Positions 38,331-48,859 of a stretch of 64,000 nucleotides of DNA are shown one piece after another. Each line of letters starts with the position of its first letter. The first letter of the stretch is position 1. The notes under the pieces were generated by a model. The model was not told the origin of the DNA. It did no database searches and saw only the letters and a program-made list of their open reading frames with translations. The stretch is from IMG/VR virus record IMGVR_UViG_2609459792_000007; one strand, written 5' to 3'. The DNA is from a virus (taxonomy: Duplodnaviria > Heunggongvirae > Uroviricota > Caudoviricetes). The position numbers were made by a program, and so were the translations under genes.

Positions 38331-40646
38331 ATGATAAGCATCGTAAAACGTAACGGCCAAACAGAGCCGTTATCCGAAGAAAAATACAACCGCGTCGTAA
38401 TGTATGGCGTAGAAGGCATTCGTGGTGTAAGCGCATCCGCTGTAGCAATGGGAGCTGCGGCCAGCATTTTTGATGGGATTACCACCAGCCAGTTGCATGA
38501 GGCTTTGGTTAAATCTGCCGCTGATTTGATCTCACCAGAAGCACCAAATTACTCACAGGTGGCTGCCCGCCTGAACATTTTTAAAATCCGCAAAGATGCC
38601 TTCGGTCGTTACGACTATCCGAACTTCTACCAACACATTGTCAAGAACGTTAACAAGGGCGTTTATGACAAGGATTTGCTGACACATTATTCGTTTGAAG
38701 AGATCGAAGAACTCGGCAATTACATTAAGCCGAAACGTGACGATCTTTTTGGCTATGCAGCTACGGTGCAGTTGCAAAGCAAATACCTCGTTCAAAACCG
38801 TGTTACTGGTGAGATTCATGAGGGGCCGCAACATATCTATATGCTGGTAGGCATGTGTCTGTTCCAGAATTGGGAAGACGACTGCGCTGGCAAAACACGT
38901 ATGGAGATGGTCAAAGGTTTCTATGACGTTACAAGTACGTTCAAACTGTCTCTGCCCACACCAATCATGGCCGGCGTCCGTACTCCAACCCGTCAGTTCT
39001 CCAGTTGTGTGCTGATTGAGTCTGGCGATAGTCTGAAAGGGATTAGTGCAGCTTCAGCCGCAATTATCGACTACGTTTCACGTCGTGCTGGAATTGGTAT
39101 TGGTTTTGGCCGTATCCGTGCGCTGGGCAGCGAGATCCGCAATGGTGAAGCCACCCATACTGGAGTTATTCCATTCCTGAAGCATTTCCAGACGGCTGTT
39201 AAATCTTGTTCGCAAGGTGGTGTTCGTGGTGGCGCAGCAACAGCGTTTTACCCGATCTGGCATCTTGAAGTTGAAAGTCTGCTGGTGGTGAAAAATAACC
39301 GTGGTATTGATGAAAACCGCGTTCGCCATCTTGATTACGGCGTCATGAGTAACCGTCTAATGTACCGTCGACTCGTCAGAAGCGAGAACATCACTCTGTT
39401 CAGCCCGCATGATGTGCCTGATATGTACGAAGCCTTCTTCACAGACCAGGAGCTGTTTGAAAAGCTGTACCATAAATACGAAGCCGATGATTCAATTCGC
39501 AAGAAGTCAGTACCTGCCATTGAGCTGTTCTCATCTCTGATGCAGGAACGAGCGTCCACGGGCCGAATTTATATTGCGAACGTCGATCATATTAACGAGC
39601 ATGGCGCTTTCATTCCTGCTCTTGCACCTGTTCGCCAGTCAAACCTGTGCATGGAGATCACTCTACCCACTCGTCCACTGGCATTTACCGACGACCCGAA
39701 CGGTGAGATCGCGCTATGCACTTTATCCGCTTTTAACCTCGGAGCCATCCGTTCACTGGAGTCTCTTAAAGAGGTGGCGTTCTATGCCGTTGCTGCACTG
39801 GATTCGTTACTGGATTATCAAGACTATCCGATGGAGGCAGCCGAAGTGCCTGCCAAAGCTCGTCGTAGCTTGGGAATTGGTGTAACCAACTTTGCTTATT
39901 ACCTGGCAAAGAATGGCGTTCGTTATTCTGATACCGCTGGCAATAAACTGGTGCATGAAACGTTCGAAGCTATCCAGTATTACCTTCTTGATGCCAGCTG
40001 CCGACTTGCTGAAGCAAAAGGTGAGTGTGACTGGTTTGAGCAGACCAAGTACGCAATTGGTCAGTTGCCGATCGACCATTACCGTTCTTCATTAGACGAA
40101 AGTGGCGAAACCAACTTTGAGTTAAAGATGCCGTGGGAAGAACTGCGTGAACGTATTGCAAAATACGGCCTTCGCAACTCCACACTGACGGCACAAATGC
40201 CATGCGAGACTTCCAGCCAGATCACTAATTCCACCAACGGCATCGAACCGCCTCGTGGACCGGTGTCGGTGAAATCTTCTAAGGACGGCATCGTTAAGAT
40301 GGTCGTGCCTGAGTTTGAAAAACTGAAGGAACAGTATGAATACCTGTGGGATATGCCGGACAACCGCGGCTATCTGACAAAGGTGGCGATCATCCAGAAG
40401 TTCTTTGACCAGGCTATTTCAGCCAATACCAACTATGACCCTTCTCGCTTTGAAGGCGATAAAGTCCCAATGATGACGCTACTGTCAGATTTGCTTCTCG
40501 CCTACAAGATGGGAGTTAAAACGCTTTACTACCACAACACCAGAGATGGGGCAGGAAAGCGTGATGACGACGAACCGCAGAATCCACTGACGCAAGCTGT
40601 AGCCGTCGAGCCAGAAGATGAGTGCGACGGAGCCTGCAAAATCTGA
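38331..40646 (+). CDS. nrdA: Ribonucleotide reductase class Ia large subunit
   Basis: 771 aa; N-terminal ATP-cone-like region; followed by nrdB. Confidence 0.85.
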   Translation: MISIVKRNGQTEPLSEEKYNRVVMYGVEGIRGVSASAVAMGAAASIFDGITTSQLHEALVKSAADLISPEAPNYSQVAARLNIFKIRKDAFGRYDYPNFYQHIVKNVNKGVYDKDLLTHYSFEEIEELGNYIKPKRDDLFGYAATVQLQSKYLVQNRVTGEIHEGPQHIYMLVGMCLFQNWEDDCAGKTRMEMVKGFYDVTSTFKLSLPTPIMAGVRTPTRQFSSCVLIESGDSLKGISAASAAIIDYVSRRAGIGIGFGRIRALGSEIRNGEATHTGVIPFLKHFQTAVKSCSQGGVRGGAATAFYPIWHLEVESLLVVKNNRGIDENRVRHLDYGVMSNRLMYRRLVRSENITLFSPHDVPDMYEAFFTDQELFEKLYHKYEADDSIRKKSVPAIELFSSLMQERASTGRIYIANVDHINEHGAFIPALAPVRQSNLCMEITLPTRPLAFTDDPNGEIALCTLSAFNLGAIRSLESLKEVAFYAVAALDSLLDYQDYPMEAAEVPAKARRSLGIGVTNFAYYLAKNGVRYSDTAGNKLVHETFEAIQYYLLDASCRLAEAKGECDWFEQTKYAIGQLPIDHYRSSLDESGETNFELKMPWEELRERIAKYGLRNSTLTAQMPCETSSQITNSTNGIEPPRGPVSVKSSKDGIVKMVVPEFEKLKEQYEYLWDMPDNRGYLTKVAIIQKFFDQAISANTNYDPSRFEGDKVPMMTLLSDLLLAYKMGVKTLYYHNTRDGAGKRDDDEPQNPLTQAVAVEPEDECDGACKI

Positions 40647-40752
40647 CATATGGTGGGGGATATCCCCACCTTCTCTTTGATTTGTAAGCCTTGTTTAAAC
40701 ATATAAGATAACAACTTGTTTAAACGCACCAAAAAAGAAAAAGGAAAAACAC

Positions 40753-41895
40753 ATGTCATATTCAACGTTCCGTTTGGGTGCTAATGATGCAACCAAAGAG
40801 CCTATGTTCCTCGGACAATCTGTCAACGTGGCACGTTACGATCAGCAAAAATACCGTGATTTTGAAAAGTTGATTGAACGTCAATTGTCTTTCTTCTGGC
40901 GGCCGGAAGAAGTTGATATTTCGAGCGATCGTATCGACTTCAACACGAAGCTGCGGGACCACGAACGTCACATTTTTCTGAGCAATCTCCGTTATCAAAC
41001 GTTACTCGATTCAGTTCAGGGACGTAGCCCAAATGCAACGCTGCTGCCGCTTATCTCTATTCCTGAACTGGAAACGTGGGTTGAAACATGGTCTTTCTCT
41101 GAGACTATCCATAGCCGCAGCTACACCCACATTATTCGTGGCATGGTGGACGATCCGAGCATTGTTTTTGACGGTATTGTTACGGATGAAGAAATCATCA
41201 ACCGAGCGATCAGTATCTCTGCTGAATATGACAGGCTTTATGGGATGACCTGCGAGCGCCAGTCGTTAGGTGAGAAGGAGTTTGAACGTCTGTACGTAAA
41301 TGAATATGGCTGGGAGCCATACCCTTTGCACCGTCAGCTTTTCCGCACGTTGGTGTCCATTAATGCGCTTGAGGCGATCCGTTTCTATGTAAGTTTTGCA
41401 TGTACGTTTGCCTTTGGCGAACGGAAGTTGCTTGAGGGTAACACCAAAATTATGCGCTTTATTGCCCGTGATGAAGCTCTGCATTGCGAAGGAACTGAAC
41501 GCATGATCCGCTTCATGCGTACCGGTCGCGAAGGTTTATTGTGGAAAGAGATTGCTGCTGATGAAGAAAACGTCATTTACGACACCATGAAATCAGTCGC
41601 CGAACAAGAAATGAACTGGGCAGACTATCTCTTCAAAGACGGTTCGATGATTGGTTTAAACGCGGATATTCTCAAAACCTATGTAAAATACCGCACCAAT
41701 CTGGCTATGAATCGTCTTGGCCTGAAGGCTTTATTTCCAGAGGTTACCACCGATCCGCTGGTCTGGATGAACAAGTGGTTGTTAACCGACACACTGCAAA
41801 TTGCACCACAAGAGGCAGAGCAAAGCACATATCTGGTAGGTCAGATCGATTCTACCGTGGATAAGGCTTCTCTAAGCCAGTTTGCTGACCTGTAA
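40753..41895 (+). CDS. nrdB: Ribonucleotide reductase class Ia small subunit
   Basis: 380 aa; di-iron ligand-like ExxH patterns; conserved cacATG start context. Confidence 0.85.
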   Translation: MSYSTFRLGANDATKEPMFLGQSVNVARYDQQKYRDFEKLIERQLSFFWRPEEVDISSDRIDFNTKLRDHERHIFLSNLRYQTLLDSVQGRSPNATLLPLISIPELETWVETWSFSETIHSRSYTHIIRGMVDDPSIVFDGIVTDEEIINRAISISAEYDRLYGMTCERQSLGEKEFERLYVNEYGWEPYPLHRQLFRTLVSINALEAIRFYVSFACTFAFGERKLLEGNTKIMRFIARDEALHCEGTERMIRFMRTGREGLLWKEIAADEENVIYDTMKSVAEQEMNWADYLFKDGSMIGLNADILKTYVKYRTNLAMNRLGLKALFPEVTTDPLVWMNKWLLTDTLQIAPQEAEQSTYLVGQIDSTVDKASLSQFADL

Positions 41896-41972
41896 ACCGA
41901 TACAAAGCATTATGTGGCCTGGCAACGCTGGGCCACAATGGATCACAAGAATTAAGAAGGAACAAAACTAGC

Positions 41973-42842
41973 ATGAACTTTACCAAACTGACTGACCACC
42001 TGAAACTTGCCACCGATCGACTCATTGGATTTAAGCCAGAACCATATGAGTTGCATGAAGGTCATGGTGTAGCTACTGAAAGTATTTACAAGATGGTCGA
42101 TCAGTTTCATGAACTCTTCCAGCATCCGAGACGCGTTATGCCGACACCAGAGCTGCTTCGTCTCCGTGCAAGCCTGATTCATGAAGAAGCTGTAGTGGAA
42201 GGTATTCCAGCCGCAATGAATGGGGATATTGAGCAACTGCTGGATGCAATGGCCGACTTTTTATACGTTGGTGTTGGTACGATGGTCGCCATCAAAGGTG
42301 GTATTTCTACCGGCATGACCTATTACACGCAGGAACAGAGCATTGATCGCTTTATGCAGACAATTTTTGTGCCTGGTAACACTGTTTTCGATGATATGGC
42401 AATGCCATTTCAGGAAGCTCGTGAGGCGTCATGTATGCTCGAAGAGCTGGCAGATAAACTTGAGAACAAGACTGTTAAGGATTCTGAGCTGATTCAGGAA
42501 CTGCGCCGTGTCATGAACAAAATCTATGTGGCGTGCATGATGACCTATCGACTGGCTGATTTCCTCGGTATCAATGTAGTCGAGCTGGTTGGCGAAATTC
42601 ATCGGTCTAACATGACAAAATTATGGCCTGCTGATGTTGAGGAACGTCGCCAGGCTGTGGCCAACTGCAAATACGACTCTTCAGATCTGGGATTCCGCCA
42701 TGCTGATGGCACCGATAAGATGATCGGTTTTCGAATTTCCGATGGAAAGATTCTGAAGTCTCCAACCTATAGTGATGTCGATTTATCCTCCTTTGTTGAG
42801 CAAGCTAAAGCCTCGGCAATGTACGGAATGATCAAAAAATAA
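41973..42842 (+). CDS. Putative MazG-like all-alpha NTP pyrophosphohydrolase
   Basis: EExxE...D pattern in LIHEEAVVEGIPAAMNGDIEQLLDAMAD; assignment tentative. Confidence 0.35.
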   Translation: MNFTKLTDHLKLATDRLIGFKPEPYELHEGHGVATESIYKMVDQFHELFQHPRRVMPTPELLRLRASLIHEEAVVEGIPAAMNGDIEQLLDAMADFLYVGVGTMVAIKGGISTGMTYYTQEQSIDRFMQTIFVPGNTVFDDMAMPFQEAREASCMLEELADKLENKTVKDSELIQELRRVMNKIYVACMMTYRLADFLGINVVELVGEIHRSNMTKLWPADVEERRQAVANCKYDSSDLGFRHADGTDKMIGFRISDGKILKSPTYSDVDLSSFVEQAKASAMYGMIKK

Positions 42843-42910
42843 TTGTAGGTAGTTATCTATCTGTGTATATTGCGTTGGCGCGTTAAATTTCTGAAACAAC
42901 TATTCGTTTT

Positions 42911-42937
42911 TGGTGGCCTATGGCCACCATTTTTTTA
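42911..42937 (+). terminator. Terminator after MazG-like gene
   Basis: tggtggcc-tat-ggccacca hairpin plus T7. Confidence 0.7.
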
Positions 42938-43013
42938 TCTGTCTGGTCTTGTTCTCTCAATAAATGTAAACTCACGCAATGAATAAGTGGTTACTTATCT
43001 TTGTGAGGTTTTT

Positions 43014-44117
43014 GTGTCACTCCTTTTGAATCGTGAGCATACGAACGGTCAGGTAACAAACGCATCGTATGCAAAAGTTATTGAGACGGTGCTTAAAAGC
43101 GGCGTGCAGGCTGATGATCGCACAGGCACTGGTACTTTAAGCACCTGCTACGTTCCCTCTTACTACATGCTTACTGGTGGGACTGTGCCGCTTATTTCTG
43201 GAAAGGCGGTAAATCTTAAGCCACTGCTTGTCGAACTTGAGTGGTATCTGAAAGGCACGGGCAACATCCAATTTCTCAAGGATAACGGCGTTAAGATTTG
43301 GGATGCATGGGCCGATGAGAATGGCGATTTGGGGCCGGTTTACGGTAAGCAGTGGCGTCGATGGGAAGATACCCGCATCGTGAGCCATAGTGAATATCTG
43401 AGCAAGATCGATACTTTCCGTGAACGCGGGTACAAAGTCGAGGGATACCTGGGTATCAGTGAAGATCGCGTAGTGCTGTCCCGTGAAATCGATCAGCTAC
43501 AGCGTATTGTCGATACACTGCGCACGAACCCTACCGATCGTCGCATCATGCTTAACGCATGGAACGTAGGCGAGCTTGAGGATATGAAACTGCCACCTTG
43601 CCACTTTGTCTTCTCTTTGTGGAGTCGTGAGCTTGATTTTGAAACCCGTTTAACGATGGCAACTGACATTGGTCTTCAACACAGTCGCCTCGGTTATGAG
43701 TCTATCTACACCAAGATGCTATACGATCTGGAGATGGACGGCAGTGTTACTGAAACTGAACTGGATGAACTTGGAATCCCCAAACGCATCCTCAACTCCT
43801 GCCTCGTACAGCGTAGCGTAGACACTTTTGTTGGTATGCCATTCAATATTGCTGGCTATGGCATTCTCACTCATTTTCTCGCGAAGATTACGGGTCACAT
43901 GGCCGGTGCATTTGTGCATTTTGGCTTTGACGTGCATTTATACAATAACCACATGGAAAGTGTGTGTGAGCTAATGAAACGACAGGCTCCAGAGCATTCA
44001 GATCCGGTCGTTATTTTCCCTCATGAATGGTCTGAGCTGGATGATTTCAAATGGGACGATATTCTGATTCTTGGCTATGACCCTCTACCGTGGATCAAGG
44101 TTCCAGTGGCGGTGTGA
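43014..44117 (+). CDS. thyA: Thymidylate synthase (ThyA family) with internal insertion
   Basis: WADENGDLGPVYGKQWR, active-site PPCH, RSVD...PFNIAGY with Asn retained; ~50-aa insertion between FSLW and the RSVD block; GTG start 43014 after RBS gagg. Confidence 0.8.
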   Translation: MSLLLNREHTNGQVTNASYAKVIETVLKSGVQADDRTGTGTLSTCYVPSYYMLTGGTVPLISGKAVNLKPLLVELEWYLKGTGNIQFLKDNGVKIWDAWADENGDLGPVYGKQWRRWEDTRIVSHSEYLSKIDTFRERGYKVEGYLGISEDRVVLSREIDQLQRIVDTLRTNPTDRRIMLNAWNVGELEDMKLPPCHFVFSLWSRELDFETRLTMATDIGLQHSRLGYESIYTKMLYDLEMDGSVTETELDELGIPKRILNSCLVQRSVDTFVGMPFNIAGYGILTHFLAKITGHMAGAFVHFGFDVHLYNNHMESVCELMKRQAPEHSDPVVIFPHEWSELDDFKWDDILILGYDPLPWIKVPVAV

Positions 44118-44118
44118 T

Positions 44119-44532
44119 ATGGCAAGAGGTATGTATGTCTTATGCGAAATTGAAGGTGTGCTGGCAAATACAAGCCATCGTAAATCTGTATCTGACGCGG
44201 ATGCAGGCCAGCTCATTGCCGGTGATGAACTCATTTTCCCCACCAGCCGTATGTTGCGTGGTTTTGCTCGCTCAGGGGCTGAAGTGGTGCTTATCAGTAG
44301 CCGCTCTGAAACTCTTGAAGCGCCAACTAAACGATGGCTGAAAGATTTTGGCGTTGATTATGACTGGCTTCATCTCGTACCGAATGGCACCAGTTATGAG
44401 AAGCATATTAAGCGCACATTAGCGGAGCATAAAGGCGATCTGCTTATCGCTGCGCTGGTGCACGATCCTCGACTCCGTGCCGCTTTAGCCGACTCTCACC
44501 ATCGACCGGTCATCTATGAGGTGAGCAAATGA
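44119..44532 (+). CDS. Hypothetical protein
   Basis: ORF between thyA and DHFR; ATG 44119 directly after thyA stop. Confidence 0.4.
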   Translation: MARGMYVLCEIEGVLANTSHRKSVSDADAGQLIAGDELIFPTSRMLRGFARSGAEVVLISSRSETLEAPTKRWLKDFGVDYDWLHLVPNGTSYEKHIKRTLAEHKGDLLIAALVHDPRLRAALADSHHRPVIYEVSK

Positions 44533-45005
44533 AGATGATCGCTGCTGTTGGCCGTAACTATGAGATCGGCATAGCGAATGAACTCCCCTGGCGTTGTTCT
44601 ACCGATCTGAAGCTATTTAAGAGACTCACCAAAAACGCCACTGTCGTTATGGGGCGTAAAACGATGGAAAGTCTCAAACGCCCTCTTCCAGAGCGTCATA
44701 ACCTCGTTTTGACGCGCTCTCATGGCTTTGTACCAAATGGATTCTACCCTGCTGGTGTGGATGATGTGTTGCGATTACCAGAGCCTGTGTGGGTGATTGG
44801 CGGGGAACAAATTTACTCGCTATTCATGCCGCATGTTGAAGAGATTTGGCTCTCCCACATCGGCGTTGATGTGCCAAACGCTGATGCATTCTTCCCGGCA
44901 AGCATGATGCGTAACTTAGGCTTTGTGCCTGTTGAAACAGCTTATACCCAACGAGCCAGCGAGGAAGAGCCTGGCTTTTCGCAGATCGTATACAGAAGGT
45001 CGTAA
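44529..45005 (+). CDS. Dihydrofolate reductase
   Basis: N-terminal MIAAVGRNYEIGIANELPW...LTKNATVVMGRKT..SL.RPLPERHNLVLTRS matches DHFR signature. Confidence 0.85.
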   Translation: MKMIAAVGRNYEIGIANELPWRCSTDLKLFKRLTKNATVVMGRKTMESLKRPLPERHNLVLTRSHGFVPNGFYPAGVDDVLRLPEPVWVIGGEQIYSLFMPHVEEIWLSHIGVDVPNADAFFPASMMRNLGFVPVETAYTQRASEEEPGFSQIVYRRS

Positions 45006-45649
45006 TGGATTACCGGATTGGGATCACTGGTGCTCAGGGCAGTGGGAAAACAACCCTGGCTAAATATATCGACAAACATTACGGAATCCCTTACGTGGAT
45101 GCTGGTGTCGGAAGTTTGATGAGCCGCCTCGGTGTTCGAGTAGGTGAGTCTATGACTCTATATGAGCGGCTTCAGATTCAAATGGAAATAGCAAAGCATA
45201 TAGAGCTACTTACGCGTGGTGTTGAAGGCTTTGTTATCGATCGCACACCTGCTGATGTTATGGCCTACACGTTGGATTTGGTCGGCCATACCAATGAAGA
45301 TCGGTGTATTGAGTTAGCCCTCGATATCGAAAAGTTTTGCCACAAAACTGCTATTTCAAACTTTAACGCCATTGCTGGCTTACGCCCGGGAGTCGCTCTC
45401 TCCGAGCGAGATTACTTGCGTTCACAACGAGCATCATTAGACCGTCTGTATGTCGCTCGTATTGATGCGTTGATGTGCGGGGAACTGACAAAAATTCACC
45501 TACATCCGCAAAGGGGAGATCTGCAAACCTTCGTCGTTTCCAACCGATATCGCACAGTTGAAGCAAGAGCCAGATCAGTAATGAGAATGCTAGATAACGC
45601 AGTAGAAAAGATAGAAAACCGCTTCTGTGGCCGAGTGACCGTTCATTAG
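45005..45649 (+). CDS. P-loop nucleotide/nucleoside kinase-like protein
   Basis: Walker A GITGAQGSGKTT at N-terminus; 214 aa; sits in nucleotide-metabolism cluster. Confidence 0.5.
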   Translation: MDYRIGITGAQGSGKTTLAKYIDKHYGIPYVDAGVGSLMSRLGVRVGESMTLYERLQIQMEIAKHIELLTRGVEGFVIDRTPADVMAYTLDLVGHTNEDRCIELALDIEKFCHKTAISNFNAIAGLRPGVALSERDYLRSQRASLDRLYVARIDALMCGELTKIHLHPQRGDLQTFVVSNRYRTVEARARSVMRMLDNAVEKIENRFCGRVTVH

Positions 45650-45710
45650 AAATTGTTCGCCTCTTCGACATTGCAACAATAAAACTCTCAAAATGGGTTA
45701 AGGATAAAAA

Positions 45711-46130
45711 ATGTTTAGTGAAATGTTGCTTGAAGATGAACTGGATCGGAAAACAACAGAGGCTTTGATTCGTGTAGCGGACGAACATTCCCGGTCGCTT
45801 ATGACCGATCGAGAGGCTCGTCTGGCTATTCGTGCCATATTCGAAACTGCGCAGGGGCTTGTTGGCGCACAAGTAGGTGAAGCCATTAACATCGCCATGT
45901 CTCAGTTCAGTGAAGACAGTAAAAAGCCTCTGTTTCCTATGCATTTGATGCTGGCTGGTGGCACGGTGCTTTATATCTCTGTTTGTCTGGATAGCAACCA
46001 AATCAATATTCTCAACACTGCGTCAGGTAAGTGGAAAGATCCGATTGTCTGTGAAACCAGTGAAGAAACTTTGAAAAAAGCGGCTCAATTTGTACGTAGC
46101 GCACTACTTAAGGGCGCTAAGAAGTTGTAA
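45711..46130 (+). CDS. Hypothetical protein
   Basis: 139-aa ORF. Confidence 0.4.
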   Translation: MFSEMLLEDELDRKTTEALIRVADEHSRSLMTDREARLAIRAIFETAQGLVGAQVGEAINIAMSQFSEDSKKPLFPMHLMLAGGTVLYISVCLDSNQINILNTASGKWKDPIVCETSEETLKKAAQFVRSALLKGAKKL

Positions 46131-46139
46131 GGAGTTCTG

Positions 46140-46697
46140 ATGACAACGATTGTTGCAGGCATCGATATCGAGTCTACGGGACTGGATTTCCTTGCTGGTC
46201 ATAAAATTATTGAAATCGCAATTACCCGCTATGAACTGGAGACACAGAGACATATTGATAGTCTGGAGATGCGTTTTAACCCTCGCAGAAACATAGATCC
46301 GAAAGCTCAAGCCGTTCATGGCATTTCATTGGAACAGCTCGCAGCTGAACCTTTGTTGTCAAATCATGCCAGCGAAATTGGCGCTTATATGGGGGCATGT
46401 AGTGCGTGGATTGCTCATAACGGTGAAGCGTTTGATATACCATTTATTCGACACGAGTTTTCAGGGTATGGAGTAAGACTGCCAGATGTTCCTGTTATAG
46501 ATACTATGTTATCGGGATTGTGGGCCACAGAAGACGGTAAACGTCCCCGCCTTGAAGAGTTGGCCTTCTCTCTTGGCTTTATATACGATCATGCCAAAGC
46601 ACATAGCGCCTTATATGACACAAACTTAATGATGCAATGCTTCTTTAAGGCACGTAATAAGTACGGATTTTTTAAATTACCCTCTGAAATTGTGTAA
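46140..46697 (+). CDS. DnaQ-like DEDDh 3'-5' exonuclease
   Basis: Exo I GIDIESTG, Exo II AHNGEAFDIPF, Exo III HSALYDT. Confidence 0.8.
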   Translation: MTTIVAGIDIESTGLDFLAGHKIIEIAITRYELETQRHIDSLEMRFNPRRNIDPKAQAVHGISLEQLAAEPLLSNHASEIGAYMGACSAWIAHNGEAFDIPFIRHEFSGYGVRLPDVPVIDTMLSGLWATEDGKRPRLEELAFSLGFIYDHAKAHSALYDTNLMMQCFFKARNKYGFFKLPSEIV

Positions 46698-46857
46698 AGC
46701 AAAAGCCTACTTTAAAGAGAGTTTAAAGTAGGCTTTCTTTTAAAGAACAGTCGCCTTTCAATCATTTCCTGCCTGTATTTAATACTTTTCCGCCTGATAG
46801 GTTTAGTCAAAATGTAGCCATCGAAACGCAAATGTAACCAAACAGAAGGAGACTTAC

Positions 46858-47667
46858 ATGAGTTCGGTTGAAAATGTAATGACAAATGATGATCTGGACG
46901 AACTGACAGCTATGTTGCAATCACTTGATGAACCGGTAAAAAAAGCTGCACAGGTTGAGAATACTGATGATATTGACGATCTGCTTCTAGGCCTCGATGC
47001 TGGCGTAGCCATGAGTTCTGATGATGTTGCCGAAGAACTGTTCAATGAAGAAAAAGCAGGTGATTTCAGCTCCGCTTTAAATGAGTTGGAGTTAGCGCAT
47101 GAGCCTATAAACGTAATTAACACTGAAAGTGGTGAAGCTGCCGAAAACGAGCCAGAACAATTGGGATTTATTGAGGTTGAAGATTGTGTTGAGGTTAATG
47201 ATGAATTAAAAGTTCAACAGTCAAATGATAGCAATACAAATAAAAAAGCTCGTACTGCAAGAGGTCCTCGTTTTACTTTAAGTGATAAAGATGATTCGTT
47301 TTTCAATAAAGCAGGCTTAGAAAAAGATATTTTCTTAGACGCTTACGAAAACGCGCCTGTCAAAGCAAAGGATAAGATATTAAACCTTCTTAATTGGTTT
47401 AGCGGAGGTCCAGATATTAGTGTTTACACGGTAATTTCCATGAGACACCTTCTCACAGAAAAGAAGGCTACAAGTAATAGTATTAAGATTGCTTTAATGA
47501 GCAATCCAGAAAAACCGTATCCGCTTAACACTGCGTCAACTCAGGCTGGGCAAATGATGGCTGTATTTCCAGCTACAGGAATTGCTGTTAGAGACGGTGG
47601 AAATCTAACATTGAACGAAGAATCACCGATCGTTAAGAAGTTTGTCGCGGAGTACACTATTGGATGA
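46858..47667 (+). CDS. Hypothetical protein with highly acidic N-terminal half
   Basis: 269 aa; Asp/Glu-rich first ~120 residues; directly upstream of Dam-like methyltransferase. Confidence 0.45.
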   Translation: MSSVENVMTNDDLDELTAMLQSLDEPVKKAAQVENTDDIDDLLLGLDAGVAMSSDDVAEELFNEEKAGDFSSALNELELAHEPINVINTESGEAAENEPEQLGFIEVEDCVEVNDELKVQQSNDSNTNKKARTARGPRFTLSDKDDSFFNKAGLEKDIFLDAYENAPVKAKDKILNLLNWFSGGPDISVYTVISMRHLLTEKKATSNSIKIALMSNPEKPYPLNTASTQAGQMMAVFPATGIAVRDGGNLTLNEESPIVKKFVAEYTIG

Positions 47668-47849
47668 CGTTCCCCTACTGAAAATAAAGCCCATAGAGAG
47701 CTTTATAGTGCTGGGTAAGCTAACCCATACCCAGCACCACAAAAACGCGTCAGAGAGCTTCTCGTTTGCATTTCTGGCGCGTTTTATTTGATTGCCAGAC
47801 ATAAAATCAAATGCAAAAATAGGTATTTACTTACCTATCGAGAAAGAAG

Positions 47850-48443
47850 ATGATTGCAGCCGAAAAAATCAAACAGCGAAAGCGCGACAACTCTCTTCGT
47901 GACCTCTGGAGAACACCTGATTGGCTGTTTTCTGCCATTCAACGTTATCTTGGAGTGACATTTGATGTTGACGTTGCCTGCAACAAGGACAATGCAAAGC
48001 TGCCTAATTTCATAGGCGTTGAGCGTGATGCTTTGAAATCTGAATGGGGACAGCCAGGTACAATTGCCTTCCTCAATCCACCCTACTCCAAAATCTCCCC
48101 CTGGATTGATGCGGCTATACGTGAGCAGGCTCGCGGAGTTACAACAGTGATGCTAATTCCTCAATCCCTAGATACAAAGTGGTATGAGCGTGCAACAGAG
48201 TGTGCGAATGAGACGATTATTCTGTCTGGTGGCCGCGTAGCGTTTGTCGAGCCTGACGTCAATCTGGGTCAGGTAGAAGTAAACATCAACCCAGGTGGCA
48301 GTATGCTCGTTGTTTTTCGAGGATTCTGTCAGGACGCTGGGCACTCTATAAGCAAGATCCCTTTGGACGTCATGAAAAGTCTGGGAGGGTATGATCCTGC
48401 GAATGTGATCAGGAAAAAAAGACCATCAAAGAAGGCTGCTTAG
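47850..48443 (+). CDS. DNA N6-adenine methyltransferase (phage Dam-like)
   Basis: Catalytic motif NPPYS; 197 aa. Confidence 0.7.
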   Translation: MIAAEKIKQRKRDNSLRDLWRTPDWLFSAIQRYLGVTFDVDVACNKDNAKLPNFIGVERDALKSEWGQPGTIAFLNPPYSKISPWIDAAIREQARGVTTVMLIPQSLDTKWYERATECANETIILSGGRVAFVEPDVNLGQVEVNINPGGSMLVVFRGFCQDAGHSISKIPLDVMKSLGGYDPANVIRKKRPSKKAA

Positions 48444-48465
48444 TTTGTTCTGGCGTCTGTAATTA

Positions 48466-48522
48466 GCCTGCTTCTGTATATATAAATAACTACATATTAA
48501 TTATTAATATACGGAAGCAGGC
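48466..48522. repeat. Palindromic ~55-bp element, copy 2 (contains TATAAATA)
   Basis: gcctgcttctgtatatataaata...atatacggaagcagg; matches copy at 2216-2271 including flanking tctggcgtct. Confidence 0.6.
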
Positions 48523-48604
48523 TGTTTTGTATCAGAGACTCCAGACCTGAACATCACTACAGAATCCACTAGAACCCCTTCCCAGACGCTTTAAAATCGA
48601 TTTT

Positions 48605-48859
48605 ATGAATCACTTTAAGGAAACTAACATGTCATACCCGACTAATGTCGTTGCGCTCGTAGAGAGCGATTTTCTGGCCCAGGCCCGTGAAATGATGAAA
48701 GATCGCGAGCAGGCTTTCAACTTGTACGAATGGGCAATTAAGTGCTTGCATCTTGGGGAGCATCGCGAACTTGTTGAACAGCTTTTAGGTGAGTTGATCA
48801 ACGAGGTGTTTGCCTTGAATGTTCAACTACATGGTCGAGAAAATAATCAATCGAAATGA
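48605..48859 (+). CDS. Hypothetical small protein
   Basis: 84-aa ORF; alternative ATG at 48629. Confidence 0.35.
   Translation: MNHFKETNMSYPTNVVALVESDFLAQAREMMKDREQAFNLYEWAIKCLHLGEHRELVEQLLGELINEVFALNVQLHGRENNQSK

Noticed and set aside
42987-43013. ORF-track start of thymidylate synthase at 42987
   Set aside because: The first codons overlap the recurrent upstream palindromic motif; alignment to ThyA N-termini and an RBS (gagg) favour the GTG at 43014.
45363-46001. 212-aa minus-strand ORF
   Set aside because: Antisense across the kinase gene and the next + strand ORF; the + strand genes carry Walker A and RBS support.
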